Shown: positions 24,326 through 38,185 of the stretch, piece by piece
Position numbering within the stretch: position 1 is the first letter of the stretch
Layout: each line of letters starts with the position of its first letter
Source of the DNA: Eledone cirrhosa
Lineage: Eukaryota
Assembly (NCBI GenBank): GCA_964016885.1
Contig: OZ024741.1
Location: 366,792,001 to 366,856,000, forward strand
Length of the DNA: 64,000 nt
Direction of reading: 5' to 3'
Position numbers and translations under genes: made by a program
The notes under the pieces: model-generated
Databases searched by the model: none
The model's input: only the letters and a program-made list of their open reading frames with translations
Told to the model about the DNA's origin: nothing

Positions 24326-27192
24326 ATATATATATATATACAAAACCATAGCCATATGGCCAAAGCCAGTAAAGTAATTAAATTATAAAAGAGTATAACC
24401 TCGTCTTAACTACTCGTATTTGATATATGTGTGTGTGTGTGTGAGTGTATGGGTGTATTCATATCAAGATTGATGTGTGTGGAATGATTGAACTGAGCGG
24501 GCAACATGTGGAAAATATGTGCACAGATGTGTGTGTCTGTCTGTCTGTGTGTGTGCATGCAGTAAAGATAGTGTTACGTGATAAGAAGCAGATATTGCAG
24601 AACTATCTTCTGTAGACATCAAAATGTTCCAGAAGTTTCCACTCACCAAAGACAACAACTTGGCAGTTGGTTATCTTGAACCAAGCAATCACATTCCACT
24701 ATTTTCAAAATGATTTCAGTTGAATATCTTTTTCTTCTTCATTGGAAGGGCCAGATTAAACAACTAAGAGCTTTAGGTTGGAGAACATTTGGTTTTTTCA
24801 GTTTATACACACAAGGAACTTGATGAAAATATAAAGTACATTAACATAAGCCTATCCATAGAATGAGAGTGAAATTTCAGAATCCATCCATGCTGAGCTT
24901 TAAAACAGAGGTGATACCCAAAAATAAGGCAACTAGTGCTAGAAAACATTTGGAGATAACAATAAATGTAATGAACATTAAAAGCACATGAATATAGGCT
25001 TACGCATAGAGCAATACTTAGATTGAGATTCCAACATTGATCTATGCCAACCTCTAAAACAGGGATGACACTCAAAGAAAGTGAAATTTAATCAAAAATT
25101 TAGTGTGACTTCATAAAATAACAAATTTGTTCATTATTAACCCTTTTATTATCATATTTTTTAATGAAAAACACTGCTTATGGTTTGGGAAAAATTTGGA
25201 AAATGATAAAAAAAAAAATTTGAGGGATTTAATAATATATCTAATTTAGTTTGAACACTATAATCTATTTGACCAGACACAATTTAATTTGATCTCCCAT
25301 CTTTCAAGGAATTCATAGTTTATTCTCTGAAGAAGAACACAATTAGACATATCATACTTCATGCTGGTGACATGAAAAGTGCCCCTTGTACACTCAGTAA
25401 AATGGTTGATATTAAGAAGAGCAACCTGCAATAGAAACCATCCTGAAGGTTGAAAGGACTCTTTTGTCGTGTCAAGAACATGACAACCTCTCTTCATGAT
25501 AAAATGAACCCAGTACACTTTGTAAAGGTGATAAAAGTGATAGGAAGGGTATACAGCTATAGAAATTATGCCAAAACTGGAGCATATGTAAACAGGATAA
25601 GCCCTTCTTTCACCATCATTGCTCATCTAGGAAGCCAATAACTCCATTAATGTATTGACTTGATCTGTGATGACCTCTCCAACCCATGCCAGCATGGTAA
25701 AACAGATGTTAAATAATTGTTTCTACTTTTAGCACAAGGCTAGCAATTACCCCAGTGCATTACTAGTACCTTATTTTATCAAGCCCGTAAGGATGAAAGG
25801 CAAAACTAACCTCAGCGAGATTTGAACCCAGAACATAAAGGGTCATAACTCTATGCTGCAAAGTATGGTGCTTGACGCTCTACCGATTCTGCCAGTCCAC
25901 AGATGTTAAATAATAGTTTCTTATATAGGCACAAGGTCAGCAATTTTGGGGAGAGGGGAAAGTCGATTAAATCAACCCCAGTGCGTGACTGGTACTTTAC
26001 TTTATCGACCCCATAAGGATGAAAGGCAAAGTTAACCTCGGCGGGATTTGAACTCAGATCATAAAGGGCCGTAACTCTATGCTGCAAAGCATGGCATCCG
26101 ACCCTCTACTGATACTACCAATCCACCGCCCTACAGATGTTAAATAATGATGATGAAAATGATGATGATGACGATGATTCTACTTATCACATGCTACCTA
26201 ATAATATCTATCTTTTTTTCTTTAATAATTTTAACTAAATTTCTGTAAACACAGACCACCACTGACTGATCTCCTTAAATTCTTAGTCCTAGGAGGACTT
26301 GTCCAAGCAAGAGTACTCATGTCATTGATTGCAGTTAACATTTAACAACTAAACATTCACAAACCAAAAATCCAACCCCCTGACCCATTCAACAATGGCG
26401 CCATCCTGTCTTATATAAACTACCTTATTCAATGTCTTAATGTTATCTATAGACTACTTCTAGCTAGTCACAGTAATGTTTAGTGTTGTTGCTGTTGTTT
26501 AGTTTTTGTTAGATTAGAACTAGATAGAGATGTCTGTCTGTTTGTCTTTCTATGCTATATTTTTAACACTTTGACTCCAAACTACCTGATACTTAGCTTT
26601 ATATCTACACGTTAACATTTTATTTTAAAGTGTTTATATTTATCTAAAAAGCCTTCTTACATGATTTCATGTGGGAACCTTTGTTATGATATGTTCCAAA
26701 CACCAACTTAATAATGAGTAAGTTAGTGTTACATTACTAAATACCATTCAATTTTTTTATTATTTTCAAAACTTAGGTTGTATCTTTCATTGGAAATATG
26801 GTCACTAAAGGGTTAATCATTGTATCATTAATTGTTGTGAGACAAGTCAGATCATCTGACCGTGTCTTGTTCATACAGAACTGTTTCTGGCTTGGTTTCT
26901 ATGGCTGGATACCCTTCCTAACACCAACTGCATTTACAGCGTAAACTGGATGCTTTTTATCATGGCACTAGAACAACCACTTTATAGTGTGGACTGGGCG
27001 CTTTTTGTCTTGGCACTAAAACAACCACTTTACAGTGTGGGCTGGGTGCTTTTTGTCATGTCACCAAAGTTGGGCTGGGTGCTTTTTGTTGGTAAGTTTA
27101 CATGGTAAGTTGATTTACTCATTTTCTTACAATATAGCTACAATGTTTCAGCAAAGTGAGTGTTCACTAAGCCTCATCAAATAAGTAATTAC

Positions 27193-27414
27193 TTCTTTAG
27201 CATTTACATTACTCTATATATACTATTGTATTTTCATGGTAAAGACTTTACCTCCCATAATTATCTCACATAATATCAAATCTATGCGACTTTGATATTA
27301 TTTATTTTGAGAACAATACCTTAATATCAGTATGAGCAGCTGGTTACAGCCAGTTTGAACAGAAAGTGGTGAAAGAATTCTGGCCGGATAAATGCTGGTT
27401 TAAATGCTAAATGG
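27193..27414. mobile_element. TTAA/piggyBac-type MITE of about 220 bp
   Basis: Degenerate CCCTTTAGCATTTA TIRs; same family as 41719, 48038 and 63656. Confidence 0.75.
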
Positions 27415-27429
27415 TTAAACAGGTGTTTA

Positions 27430-27800
27430 ACTCTTAATGTCTTGAACTTCATCTTTGGTGCATAAACTTGCACTACTCACAGAGACCTATCTTTCAGTCT
27501 AAGCTTCAAGAAAAAAATCCTAGCTCCTAATAGGATTCAGTCTATAACCCATTCTGATAGCCAAGGTCTTGTAAGTAACCTCATTCCTGTCTGTGCAGCA
27601 ATTTCTGGAGCTACACCTGAATAGTGGAGTTGCCATCCTCAATCCAAATTTACTGTACCAAAACCATGGAACTTTGTTGAGGAAACTTCAACTATATCTA
27701 GCCGGTAGCATCTAGCCTTCTCCACTAGTTGCTGCTCCTTACCTGTAAGGGTTGTGGTGTTCAAGGCTCCAATGTTTATGGTTTGTTCCCTTTCAAATCC
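27430..27800 (-). pseudogene. RTE-type APE endonuclease N-terminal fragment
   Basis: INIGALNTTTLTGKEQQLVEKARCYRLDIVEVSSTK..G.G. Confidence 0.7.
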
Positions 27801-28361
27801 TCTTTGGGGTCTCAGGATATGCAATCTTTGTGCATTCCTCCCATGCCTCTCAGGACAGGTCATGGACCTATCACCAGTTTTTACAGTATGAGATAGAGAC
27901 TGCAATATATTTTTTGAACAGGCCCCTCTTCCTAAGACCTGAACACATCCTTTGTTAATGTTTGCGAAAGATAATGTAGTATGACTACCTTTGTTGTGTC
28001 TAGTCATATTGCAGTGTTTTTTTTTTGGTGGTCTTATTCACACCAGTTACCAAGCTGGTACTTTTCTCAGACCTGCAAAGACTAAACTTTTTCAGAGGCA
28101 GCTTTTACTGGCTTTGTCATAGCTACATCACTGGGTTGTGAGAATTTTCTTGGGAGCTAGAGGTGTCACTCATTGCTCCATCTTTACTAGTAGTTTACCA
28201 CTATTGGTCTGGGGCAGCTTATTTATCTGGCTGGTGCCTGCTTATATTGCAACTAGCCATCATATCTGGTGGCCATATACACTATGCAACACCTGCAATT
28301 CATTCTCTAGCCGAACAGCTCTGCCAAGAATGTCTTGTACTCACATCATAATTTTAGTGAA

Positions 28362-28810
28362 CCGAGACCCAAGAAGACCTGGGATGAGGTGATAAAAGCT
28401 GACCTTACCCAACTGCACCTCTCAAAGGTGATGACACAAGACCAAGACCTCTGGCGTTACGCAGTAATACAGAAGACCCGACTTACAATGGGTACAAGCC
28501 GAAGCTGAAACATATAGACAATATACCCCCATCCCCTCTCACTGCAAAGTGGTCATATAGGTGTCACAACAAAAAGCACCCACTCCACACTGTAATGTGG
28601 TTATGTAGGCACCACGGTAAAAAAGCACCCAGTACTCACTGTAAATGAGGTTGGTGTTAGGAAGGGCATCCAGCTGTAGAAATCAAGCCAAAATCAGTTC
28701 TGTATGAGCAAGACATGGTCACCTGACCTGGCATTGCCCACAACAAGACAACCCGTCTAACCCATGCTAGCGTGGAAGAATGGACATAAAATGGTGATGA
28801 TGATGATGAT
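28362..28810 (+). mobile_element. RTE LINE 3' end (same family as 34630-35545)
   Basis: RP(R)KTWDEVIKADL; 3' UTR with ggttggtgttaggaagggcatccagc and a (GAT)n tail. Confidence 0.85.
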
Positions 28811-29329
28811 ATGTAATAAATTAATAGTCATGCACACATAAGATTATGTTTGGCATCACATTAAATATTAATCAATTTAGATGGTATCTATAACAGAATT
28901 TATCAAGAATTTCTTACATCAAATTTGAAATAGGTTTTGGTAGGTTGGTATCAAAAGAGTTAATATATTTTCCCCTGCCCCCATCTACCTAAATTAGAAA
29001 CTAGAGTTATGGCCCTTTATGGTCTGAGTTCAAATCCCGCCGAGGTTAACTTTGCCTTTCACCCTTACGGGGTCGATAAAATAAAGTACCAGTAATACAC
29101 TGGGATAATTGCTGGCCTTGTGCCAAAAGTAGAAACAATTATTAAGCAACTGTTTGAAGTATAATTTACATGAAATTATAGTGGAAACCATGAAAACGAG
29201 AAAATAAAACATAAAATAATCATGATAAAGATGATGATAATCATCTTTATCATCATCTTCATGATCATTGTTTAAACTTAAATATGACCACATTAACCTT
29301 TTTGATTCCAAGACACTTGAAACTGCATC

Positions 29330-30440
29330 TGGTTCTGTGATATAAAGTTATGAACTGTTTATATTTTGACAGGCTGTGGCTCGATACGCTGTAAGTGACC
29401 ATGAAGAAATATAACATGGGCCAAAAGATAATCCACACTATACAACAGCTGTATGCAAAAGCCTCAAGTGTGGTACATGTCCATGACACAATGGAGGACT
29501 GCTTCCACATTTCAGTAGACATCCGACAGGGCTGTCTCCTTTCTCCGACACTCTTCAACATCTTCCTTGAGTGAATCATGACCGACGCCCTAGAAGACAA
29601 TCCTGGCGCAATCAGTATAGGAGGATTAATTGTGACAAACCTCAGGTTCGCTGATGACATCGACAGGCTAGCTGGAAGTGAAGAACTTGCCGAGCTGGTG
29701 AACCACTTGGATGTAACTTCTGCCAAATATGACATGGAGGTCAGCACTGCCAAACACCACAAACCCAATTGAGTGGAGGATCACAGTCAGTGGCCAAGAG
29801 TTGGAGACTGTGACGCAGTTCAAGTACCTTAACACCATCATCAGTCAAGAGGTATCAAAGTCAGAGGTACTTGCAAGGAGTGCTCTAACAGCCACAACAC
29901 TTGCTAAGCTGAAACCTCTCTGGAGAGACAAAAACACCACTCTCAGATGCTAAATAAAATTCCTACATGCGTTGGTCCTATCCATCTTTCTATACACATG
30001 TGAGTCAGGGACCCTAACCACTAAACTGCAAAGAAAGATATAAACAGTGGAGATGAGATGCTATAGAAGAATCCTGGGAATCTCTCACACAGAATACATC
30101 ACGAACAAAGCGGTCTGCAAAAATATCAACCAGCTCATGAGCAACTCTGAAGAGCTGCTGACCATAGTGAAGAGGAAGAAGCTGAGGTGGTTTAGGTTTG
30201 TAACAAGATCGGACAGACTCTCCAAGACAATTCTCCAAGGAACAGTGCTGGGAAAGAGAAAGCAGAGCAGACAGAGGAAGCAGTGGACAGGCAACATAGC
30301 TGAGTGGACAGGAAAGAAGTTAACCACAACCCAAGCACTCACCCATGACTGCCAGAGATGATGGAAGCAGTTGGTGCAGCGTTCAACACAGCAGTGCCCC
30401 AAAGACCCAGAAAAGGATTAAGGGACGATGATGATGATGA
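29330..30440 (+). mobile_element. Degenerate RTE (BovB-like) RT fragment
   Basis: RQGCLLSPTLFNIFLE, NLRFADDID, QFKYL, EMRCYRRILGIS, TILQGTVLGKRK; (GAT)n tail. Confidence 0.9.
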
Positions 30441-31190
30441 TTTATTATAAAAACCTTTCATCGTCTTTTTATGTAAGAACCTTTATTATGTTATGTTCCA
30501 AAGACTAGCTTAATATTGAGAAAGTTAGTTATATTACTAAATCCTTCCAAATTTTTTATTATTTTCAAAATGATTTGAAAATAATAGGCAATGTCTCTCA
30601 TAAGAAATATAGTAGTGAAAAGATTAAACACAGGTACTATATAGTCAAATAACTTATACATATTAATGTATCTAGTCAGTAAAACGTCTGTAATAACATC
30701 AGTACTAGTACATCTCAAGAATTCAAAGCTAGTATCATTGATACTATGGAAATATACAAGTACATCTAAGCTTTATTATACAAGTACACTAAAGCTTTAG
30801 TTATTGACGGATGTTAAAACAGACCCCTCTGAGAAGCTTACTGCGGTAGTTATGTTAGTTCTTTGTTGCCAAATGTATTGTCATCTATTTTCACAGACCT
30901 AACTAGCTGTGAGATTTGGTTTCAGCAGAAAAATCTCTTTGATATTAGAAATATAGGTAGGTGCAGCAGGGAAGCAGGTAGATGGAATTGGTAATATTGG
31001 TGAGTAACTTGCTGATTCTTGCTACAGTAGCACCATTTCCTTTTGGCAACTGGCTAAGTAGTGGCATAGATATATGCCTGTGAATGTAGTTACAGTATTT
31101 TGCTCACAACTGTGAAGTTGTGAATTCGATTCCAATCAGCATGTTGTGTCCTTAGGGAAAAACTCTTTATTCCACGTTGCTCCAACCCAG

Positions 31191-31226
<36 letters not shown>

Positions 31227-31577
31227 CCGTTTTACGACCATTTTTCCATGCTAGCATCGGTTAGATGAGTTGTCATATTGTGGGAAATGCTAGGTCAGGT
31301 GACCATGTCTTGCTCATACAGAATTAATTTGGGCTTGGTTTCTATGGGTGGACGCCCTTCCTAATACCAGTCAGTTAGTAAAAATAAGTTCCTGAACAGT
31401 ATCGGCCTATACCTTTCCCTTGGACAACACTGGTGGTTGGGAGAGTGGAAATTGGCATTGTAAGGCAGCTGCTGGTATTCTACAAAACTACCAGCAACTC
31501 ACCTGGAAAAAATGAGTTGTACCTGGAATTCAAAGGACAAGCCTTGTCACGTACTGTGTCATACTGAATCTTTCTGA

Positions 31578-33266
31578 GAACTACATTAAGGGTGTTCAGT
31601 GGAGGACTATGTTAAGGGTGCTCATATCTGGTTCCACACAGGGGAGAGCTATGTTAAGGGTGCTCATGTCTGGTGTCACACAGTGGAGAGCTATGTTAAG
31701 GGTGCTCATGTCTGGTGTCACACAGTGGAGATCTATGTTAAGGGTGCTCATGTCTGGTGTCACACAGTAGAGAGCTATGTATTAAGGGTGTCACACAGTG
31801 GAGAGCTACATTAAGGGTGCTCATGTATGGTGTCACACAGTGAAGAGCTACATTAAGGGTGCTCATGTCTGGTGCCACACAGTGGAGAGCTATGTTAAGG
31901 GTGCTCATGTCTGGTGCCACAGAGTGGAGATCTATGTTAAGGGTGCTCATGTCTGGTGTCACACAGTGGAGAGCTACATTAAGGGTGCTCATGTCTGGTG
32001 TCACACAGTGGAGAGCTACATTAAGGGTGCTCATGTCTGGTGTCACACAGTGAAGAGCTATGTTAAGGGTGCTCATGTCTGGTGTCACACAGTGGAGAGC
32101 TACATTAAGGGTGCTCATGTCTGGTGTCACACAGTGGAGAGCTACATTAAGGGTGCTCATGTCTGGTGCCACACAGTGGAGATCTACATTAAGGGTGCTC
32201 ATGTCTGGTGTCACACAGTGGAGAGCTATGTTAAGGGTGCTCATGTCTGGTGTCACACAGTGGAGAGCTACATTAAGGGTGCTCATGTCTGGTGTCACAC
32301 AGTGGAGAGCTACATTAAGGGTGCTCATGTCTGGTGTCACACAGTGGAGATCTATGTTAAGGGTGCTCATGTCTGGTGTCACACAGTGGAGAGCTACATT
32401 AAGGGTGCTCATGTCTGGTGTCACACAGTGGAGAGCTACATTAAGGGTGCTCATGTCTGGTGTCACACAGTGGAGAGCTATGTTAAGGGTGCTCACATCT
32501 GTGTCACACAGTGGAGAGCTACATTAAGGGTGCTCATGTCTGGTGTCACACAGTGGAGAGCTATGTTAAGGGTGCTCATGTCTGGTGTCACACAGTGGAG
32601 AGCTACATTAAGGGTGCTCATGTCTGGTGTCACACAGTGGAGAGCTACATTAAGGGTGCTCATGTCTGGTGTCACACAGTGAAGAGCTACATTAAGGGTG
32701 CTCATGTCTGGTGCCACACAGTGGAGATCTATGTTAAGGGTGCTCATGTCTGGTGTCACACAGTGGAGAGCTATGTTAAGGGTGCTCCAGTCTGGTGTCA
32801 CACAGTGAAGAGCTATGTTAAGGGTGCTCATGTCTGGTGCCACACAGTGGAGAGCTACATTAAGGGTGCTCATGTCTGGTGTCACACAGTGGAGAGCTAT
32901 GTTAAGGGTGCTCATGTCTGGTGTCACACAGTGGAGATCTATGTTAAGGGTGCTCATGTCTGGTGTCACACAGTGGAGAGCTACATTAAGGGTGCTCATG
33001 TCGGGTGTCACACAGTGGAGAGCTATGTTAAGGGTGCTCATGTCTGGTGTCACACAGTGGAGAGCTATGTTAAGGGTGCTCATGTCTGGTGTCACACAGT
33101 GGAGAGCTACATTAAGGGTGCTCATGTCTGGTGTCACACAGTGGAGAGCTATGTTAAGGGTGCTCATGTCTGGTGTCACACAGTGGAGAGCTATGTTAAG
33201 GGTGCTCATGTCTGGTGTCACACAGTGGAGAGCTATGTTAAGGGTGCTCATGTCTGGTGTCACACA
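31578..33266. repeat. 42-bp minisatellite (about 40 copies) GAGAGCTA(TG/CA)TTAAGGGTGCTCATGTCTGGTGTCACACAGTG expanded from a SINE body
   Basis: The array begins in the SINE motif ctgaatct..ctgagaactacattaagggtg (reverse of 14472-14500); the SINE head is at ~31065-31190. Confidence 0.92.
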
Positions 33267-33356
33267 ATGCAACACAGTTGGAATGACCTCAAAACAACAT
33301 GGTAGGCAAACAAACCCCTTTACCACAAAGCCTTGTGAGCACCTAATGGAATATTG

Positions 33357-33408
<52 letters not shown>

Positions 33409-33409
33409 G

Positions 33410-33870
33410 TAAGTTATTCCGGGTTGAATCGGAGGTAACCACAGTAAGTAAGGTACTCAATACATAGCAGAGTATAAAAGTTTTAATATAGATGAGATTC
33501 TACAGGACTAGAACTGTTTCATTCTTTAGAAGATGATTTCTAAAGAATGAAACAGTTCTAGTCCTGTAGAATCTCATCTATATTAAAACTTATATATGTG
33601 TGTGTAATCTGAGTTTTTCAAATATTAATAACAGCCGATTCGTTTGCAATTATGCAAACAAGCCTCAATTTTATAGCCATGTCAGTAGAATGAATCCTTT
33701 ATTCTTGCTCTTGTGTTGGCATGTGAACAGAACACAAGAGCAAGAATGAAGGGTTCATTCTACTGACATGGCTATAAAATTGAGGCTTGTTTGCATAATT
33801 GCAAACGAATCGAATGTTATTATTAATATTCGAAAAACTCAGATAACATTTATTGTATTCAGTCATGTAA
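33410..33870. mobile_element. Two adjacent palindromic PLE-like remnants (arms 33478-33531/33538-33591 and 33607-33717/33731-33844)
   Basis: Perfect 54-bp and near-perfect ~110-bp inverted arms, embedded in (TA)n. Confidence 0.8.
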
Positions 33871-33881
33871 AACGAAAATTT

Positions 33882-33927
<46 letters not shown>

Positions 33928-34231
33928 AATTGTAACTGCTAAGAGAGTTATAGAGGCACCATATTGACATACAGTATTTCTAGAGCATTTTTAAGCATGG
34001 CAGAACCCATCTTCTCTCCAGGTCTGAATATAGCAGATTTTTTCTAGAAAACAATAGAGAGTGGGAGAGAAAGGAAGTAAGAAAGAGATATAGAGGAAGA
34101 ATAGACCCCAGTACTAGACTGGTACTTAAATGGATGAGAGGCATGGTTGACCTCAGCAGAATTTGAACGCAGATAGTATTCATATATAAATATATATATA
34201 TATAAATAACTTCTACACACACACATATATA

Positions 34232-34346
<115 letters not shown>

Positions 34347-34361
34347 TTATATATATATATA

Positions 34362-34554
34362 TAACGAAGGAGGTATGGTAAGGAACCAGATGGACCATAA
34401 CGCACCAGAGTACTCAATACTTAGGGTAGTAGAGTGGGTAATAGGAAAATGTTTGACGCCGATGGCAGAACTCAAGCCGTTTCGACGGCTATTTCTAGTC
34501 CAGAAATAGCCGTCGAAACGGCTTGAGCTCTGCCGTCGGGGTCAAACTTTTTCC

Positions 34555-34557
<3 letters not shown>
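34362..34557. mobile_element. PLE-like pLTR remnant with palindrome (34441-34496/34502-34557)
   Basis: Inverted arms; shares gtactcaatac with 33453; flanked by (TA)n. Confidence 0.75.
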
Positions 34558-34629
<72 letters not shown>

Positions 34630-34631
<2 letters not shown>

Positions 34632-35545
34632 GACAGCAAGCAGCAAACAGCCACAGGAGACAAGTACCACCAATCTCTGGGAGGGCTCTGTAGAAACAGT
34701 AGACAGCTTCTGCTACCCAGATGACCAAATTAGCAGCGGAGGTGGGTGTTCAGAAAGTACAATAACTAGGGTAAGAACGGGATGGAAGAAGTTCAGGGAG
34801 CTACTGCCACTGATAGCTGCAAAAGGTTTTCCCTCAAAATGAAAGGCAGACTGTATGATGTGTGTATACGAACAGCAATGTTACATGGTAGTGAGACATG
34901 GGCGCTGAAGGTGGAAGACTTACGTAGATTAGAAAGAAACAAAGCCTTCATGCTCCGGTGGATGTGTAATAGTAATATACGCGAACGCCAAAGCATAAAT
35001 GAATTGAGAGAGAGACTGAGCATAAGAGGAATCAAATGCTGTGTGCAGGAGAGGCGGTTGCGTTGGTACGGACATGTGATGCGTATGAAGGATGACAGCT
35101 GCATAAACAGGTGCAGAGCACTAGAAGTCAATGGAAACCGCAGAGTGGGGAGACCCAAGAAGACCTGGGATGAGGTGATAAAAGCTGACCTTACCCAACT
35201 GCACCTCTCAAAGGTGATGACACAGGACCATGACCTCTGGCGTCACGCAGTAATACAGAGTACCCGACCTCCCATGGGTACAAGCCGAAGCTGAAGCATA
35301 TAGACATATAGACAATATGTCCCCACACCCTCCCACTGCAAAGTGGTCGTGGAGGCACCACGAAAAAGCACCCAGCCCACACTGTAAATGAGGTTGGTGT
35401 TAGGAAGGGCATCCAGCTGTAGAAATCAAGCCAAAATCAGTTCCTGTATGAGCAAGACATGGTCAGCCGACCACAACAAGACAACCCATCTAACCCATGC
35501 TAGCATGGAAGAACGGACGTAAAACGGTGATGATGATGATGATGA
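34630..35545 (+). mobile_element. 5'-truncated RTE LINE in (TA)n
   Basis: [35 protein letters not shown]; (GAT)n tail. Confidence 0.9.
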
Positions 35546-35792
35546 TATATATATATATATGATAGTTGTGTGTGTTACTATGGTTACAGGTAGTTCGTCA
35601 GTCAAAGCACTCAATGCTGTTATGTGCTTCTGCATTGTATATGGCTTATATTTCAGTGTAGGGTGTAAAAACAAGTATACAGGAATGAAATCTAGGTTGT
35701 ACAATAAATGAACTTTATTGTATATGACAATTGTTTCAATATCGATCAGCTCAGGGTTTGGTCATTATATATATATGTATAAATTACTCCTA

Positions 35793-35847
<55 letters not shown>

Positions 35848-35930
35848 CTAAGTGTGTATCTATATATATATAGGTGTGTATGTGTTTGTGTGTATATATA
35901 TACATATGTATATATACATACATATATATA

Positions 35931-36267
35931 TCATCATCATCATCATCATTTACATCCGTTTTTCCCTGCTTGCAAGGGTGGGACGGGAACTGATTCTGGC
36001 TTGATTTCTACAGCTGGATGCTCTTCCTAACACCAACCTCATTTACAGTGAGTGCTGGGGGCTTTATTACCATGGCACCACGACCACTTTGCAGTGGAAT
36101 GATATGGACCCTAGTCCCTATCATCTCATTTCTACAGCTGAGTAAACTGGAGCAATGTGAAATAAAGTGTCTTGCTCAAGGAAACAACACATCACCCGGT
36201 CTGAGAATTGAACTCACAACCTTACGATTGCAAGGCCAATGCTCTAACCACTAAGCCATGTGCCTCC
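35931..36267 (-). mobile_element. Full-length tRNA/CORE/RTE-tail SINE (partial copy 23090-23293)
   Basis: Reverse complement of 60932-61277. Confidence 0.85.
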
Positions 36268-36328
36268 ATATATATATGCAAGCAGGGAAAAGCGGACGTA
36301 AAATGATGATGATATGTATGTATGCATG

Positions 36329-36359
<31 letters not shown>

Positions 36360-36767
36360 AAAGTAATGCTTTTATCCTAGCATAAATTTGTTGGAGTGCC
36401 CGTTGAGAGACACAGAGAGCATGTGGGAGGTGGAGGAAATACATGTATAGAGAACAGGTGAGAGAAGAGGAGAAGAAATAGAGAGAGGAGGAGGAAAGAG
36501 AGAGAGAGAGTTGAGTGAAAGAGAGAAAAATGATAGTGGTAATGGTGGTAGGGGTAACAGTTACAAGAGAATATGAATGAGAGGGGAAAAACTATAAAAG
36601 AGAGATAGATATTAGTAAAGAGAAGCAAGCAAAGGTAAAAACCTGTGAAGACACTTGCAGAAGATAGATTTTCCTTCATATATCCACCTGAATGTTATAT
36701 GAATATGTTGTTCAATGTTTATTTTAGTGCTACGTAGGTGTATATTTTCCTATATATACATCATATG

Positions 36768-36809
<42 letters not shown>

Positions 36810-37150
36810 TCTATATAGACAAATACACTGACATAGATGTTTCTTATAGACATATTTTTTCTTCTGAGAAATTCATGTGTGTGTGTGAGCAAACTCAGAC
36901 TCTCACACATACACACACAAACACACATATATATATATATAGATATGTGTGTATAAGTGTGTGTGTATGTGTGAGTGTGTGTGTATGTATGTGTTTGCAT
37001 CCATATATATTTTATTTTTCCTCCTTTATGTCTTACTTTTTTTTGTATTTTATGACATCTGAGAACATAATTAGATTTCATTTTGACAAACCTATGACAT
37101 AACTACCACAACATTTAGCAGTAATAAAGTAGTAGTACTAGTAATAGTAC

Positions 37151-37194
<44 letters not shown>

Positions 37195-37432
37195 ATAGTA
37201 GTAGTAGTAGTAGTAGTAGCAATGATAATAGTAATAATGATTATGATGATGGTGATCATGATAATAATAGCAACAAGACATATATAATAACAACAACATC
37301 AACAACAACAATATCATCTACCATGACCACCACCACCACCACCACCACCACCACCATCACCACTCCCATCACCATGAAGATGATTTTGATGAGGATGAGG
37401 ATGACAGTGAGGATGGTGGTAATGTTGTCGAT

Positions 37433-37467
<35 letters not shown>

Positions 37468-38143
37468 CATTGATGACAACAACAGCAAGAACAGTGACGA
37501 CTTAGTCATATAATTTCTGTATGTCTGTTTAGCTTTAAACTCAGCTACATAGTCTGTGTACTGTACCAAACCCGGTTGGTTATCGACAACCGGCACTATA
37601 TAATATACATGTATATATACTCAAATACATACATATATATATATAAACATGAAACCATTAGCTAGTATTGTGTACCAAACATTTTCGGGTAAGTTCCAAG
37701 AACTTTACTCTGAATTAATCCAAGTTGTTTTGTTTTTGTTGGTATTTTTTTATCTTTTTTTTTTTTGCTAATAATTATTTCCACCTCTTTGAGAGAAAAG
37801 AAGAAAAAAACAACAAAAAATATCATAAAAACATACCTTATATTTATAATTTGAAAATATAGCTTTCCGTCTTCAGAGGCATTTAACCTTATTTATTCAA
37901 CTATTCAACTATTATTTACCTGCACTGTGGCAACTATATTTTCAAATTTCAAATTTTCAAATGCTTTATAAATCAACCAATCTTGTTTATTTATATTTAT
38001 GTTTATATTTATATTCAGCTAAAGATATGTTCTCTTCTTGTTTAACATGACACTAAAATTCTTTGAAAAGATAACTTGTTTTAGATTTTGCTTTTTATAT
38101 TTTTATACCTTGTTTATATTTGTATTTATATTTATATCATCAA

Positions 38144-38185
<42 letters not shown>

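Noticed and set aside
27136-27185. Minus-strand UUGAUGA..stem II..GAAACAUUGUA
   Set aside because: It has a core mutation and no stem I; at best a decayed hammerhead.
31599-33438. Repeat-protein ORFs (ESYIKGAHVWCHTV)n, or a CRISPR array
   Set aside because: It is a pure tandem 42-bp satellite with no unique spacers and no cas genes; several frames are open and a frameshift occurs at ~32497.
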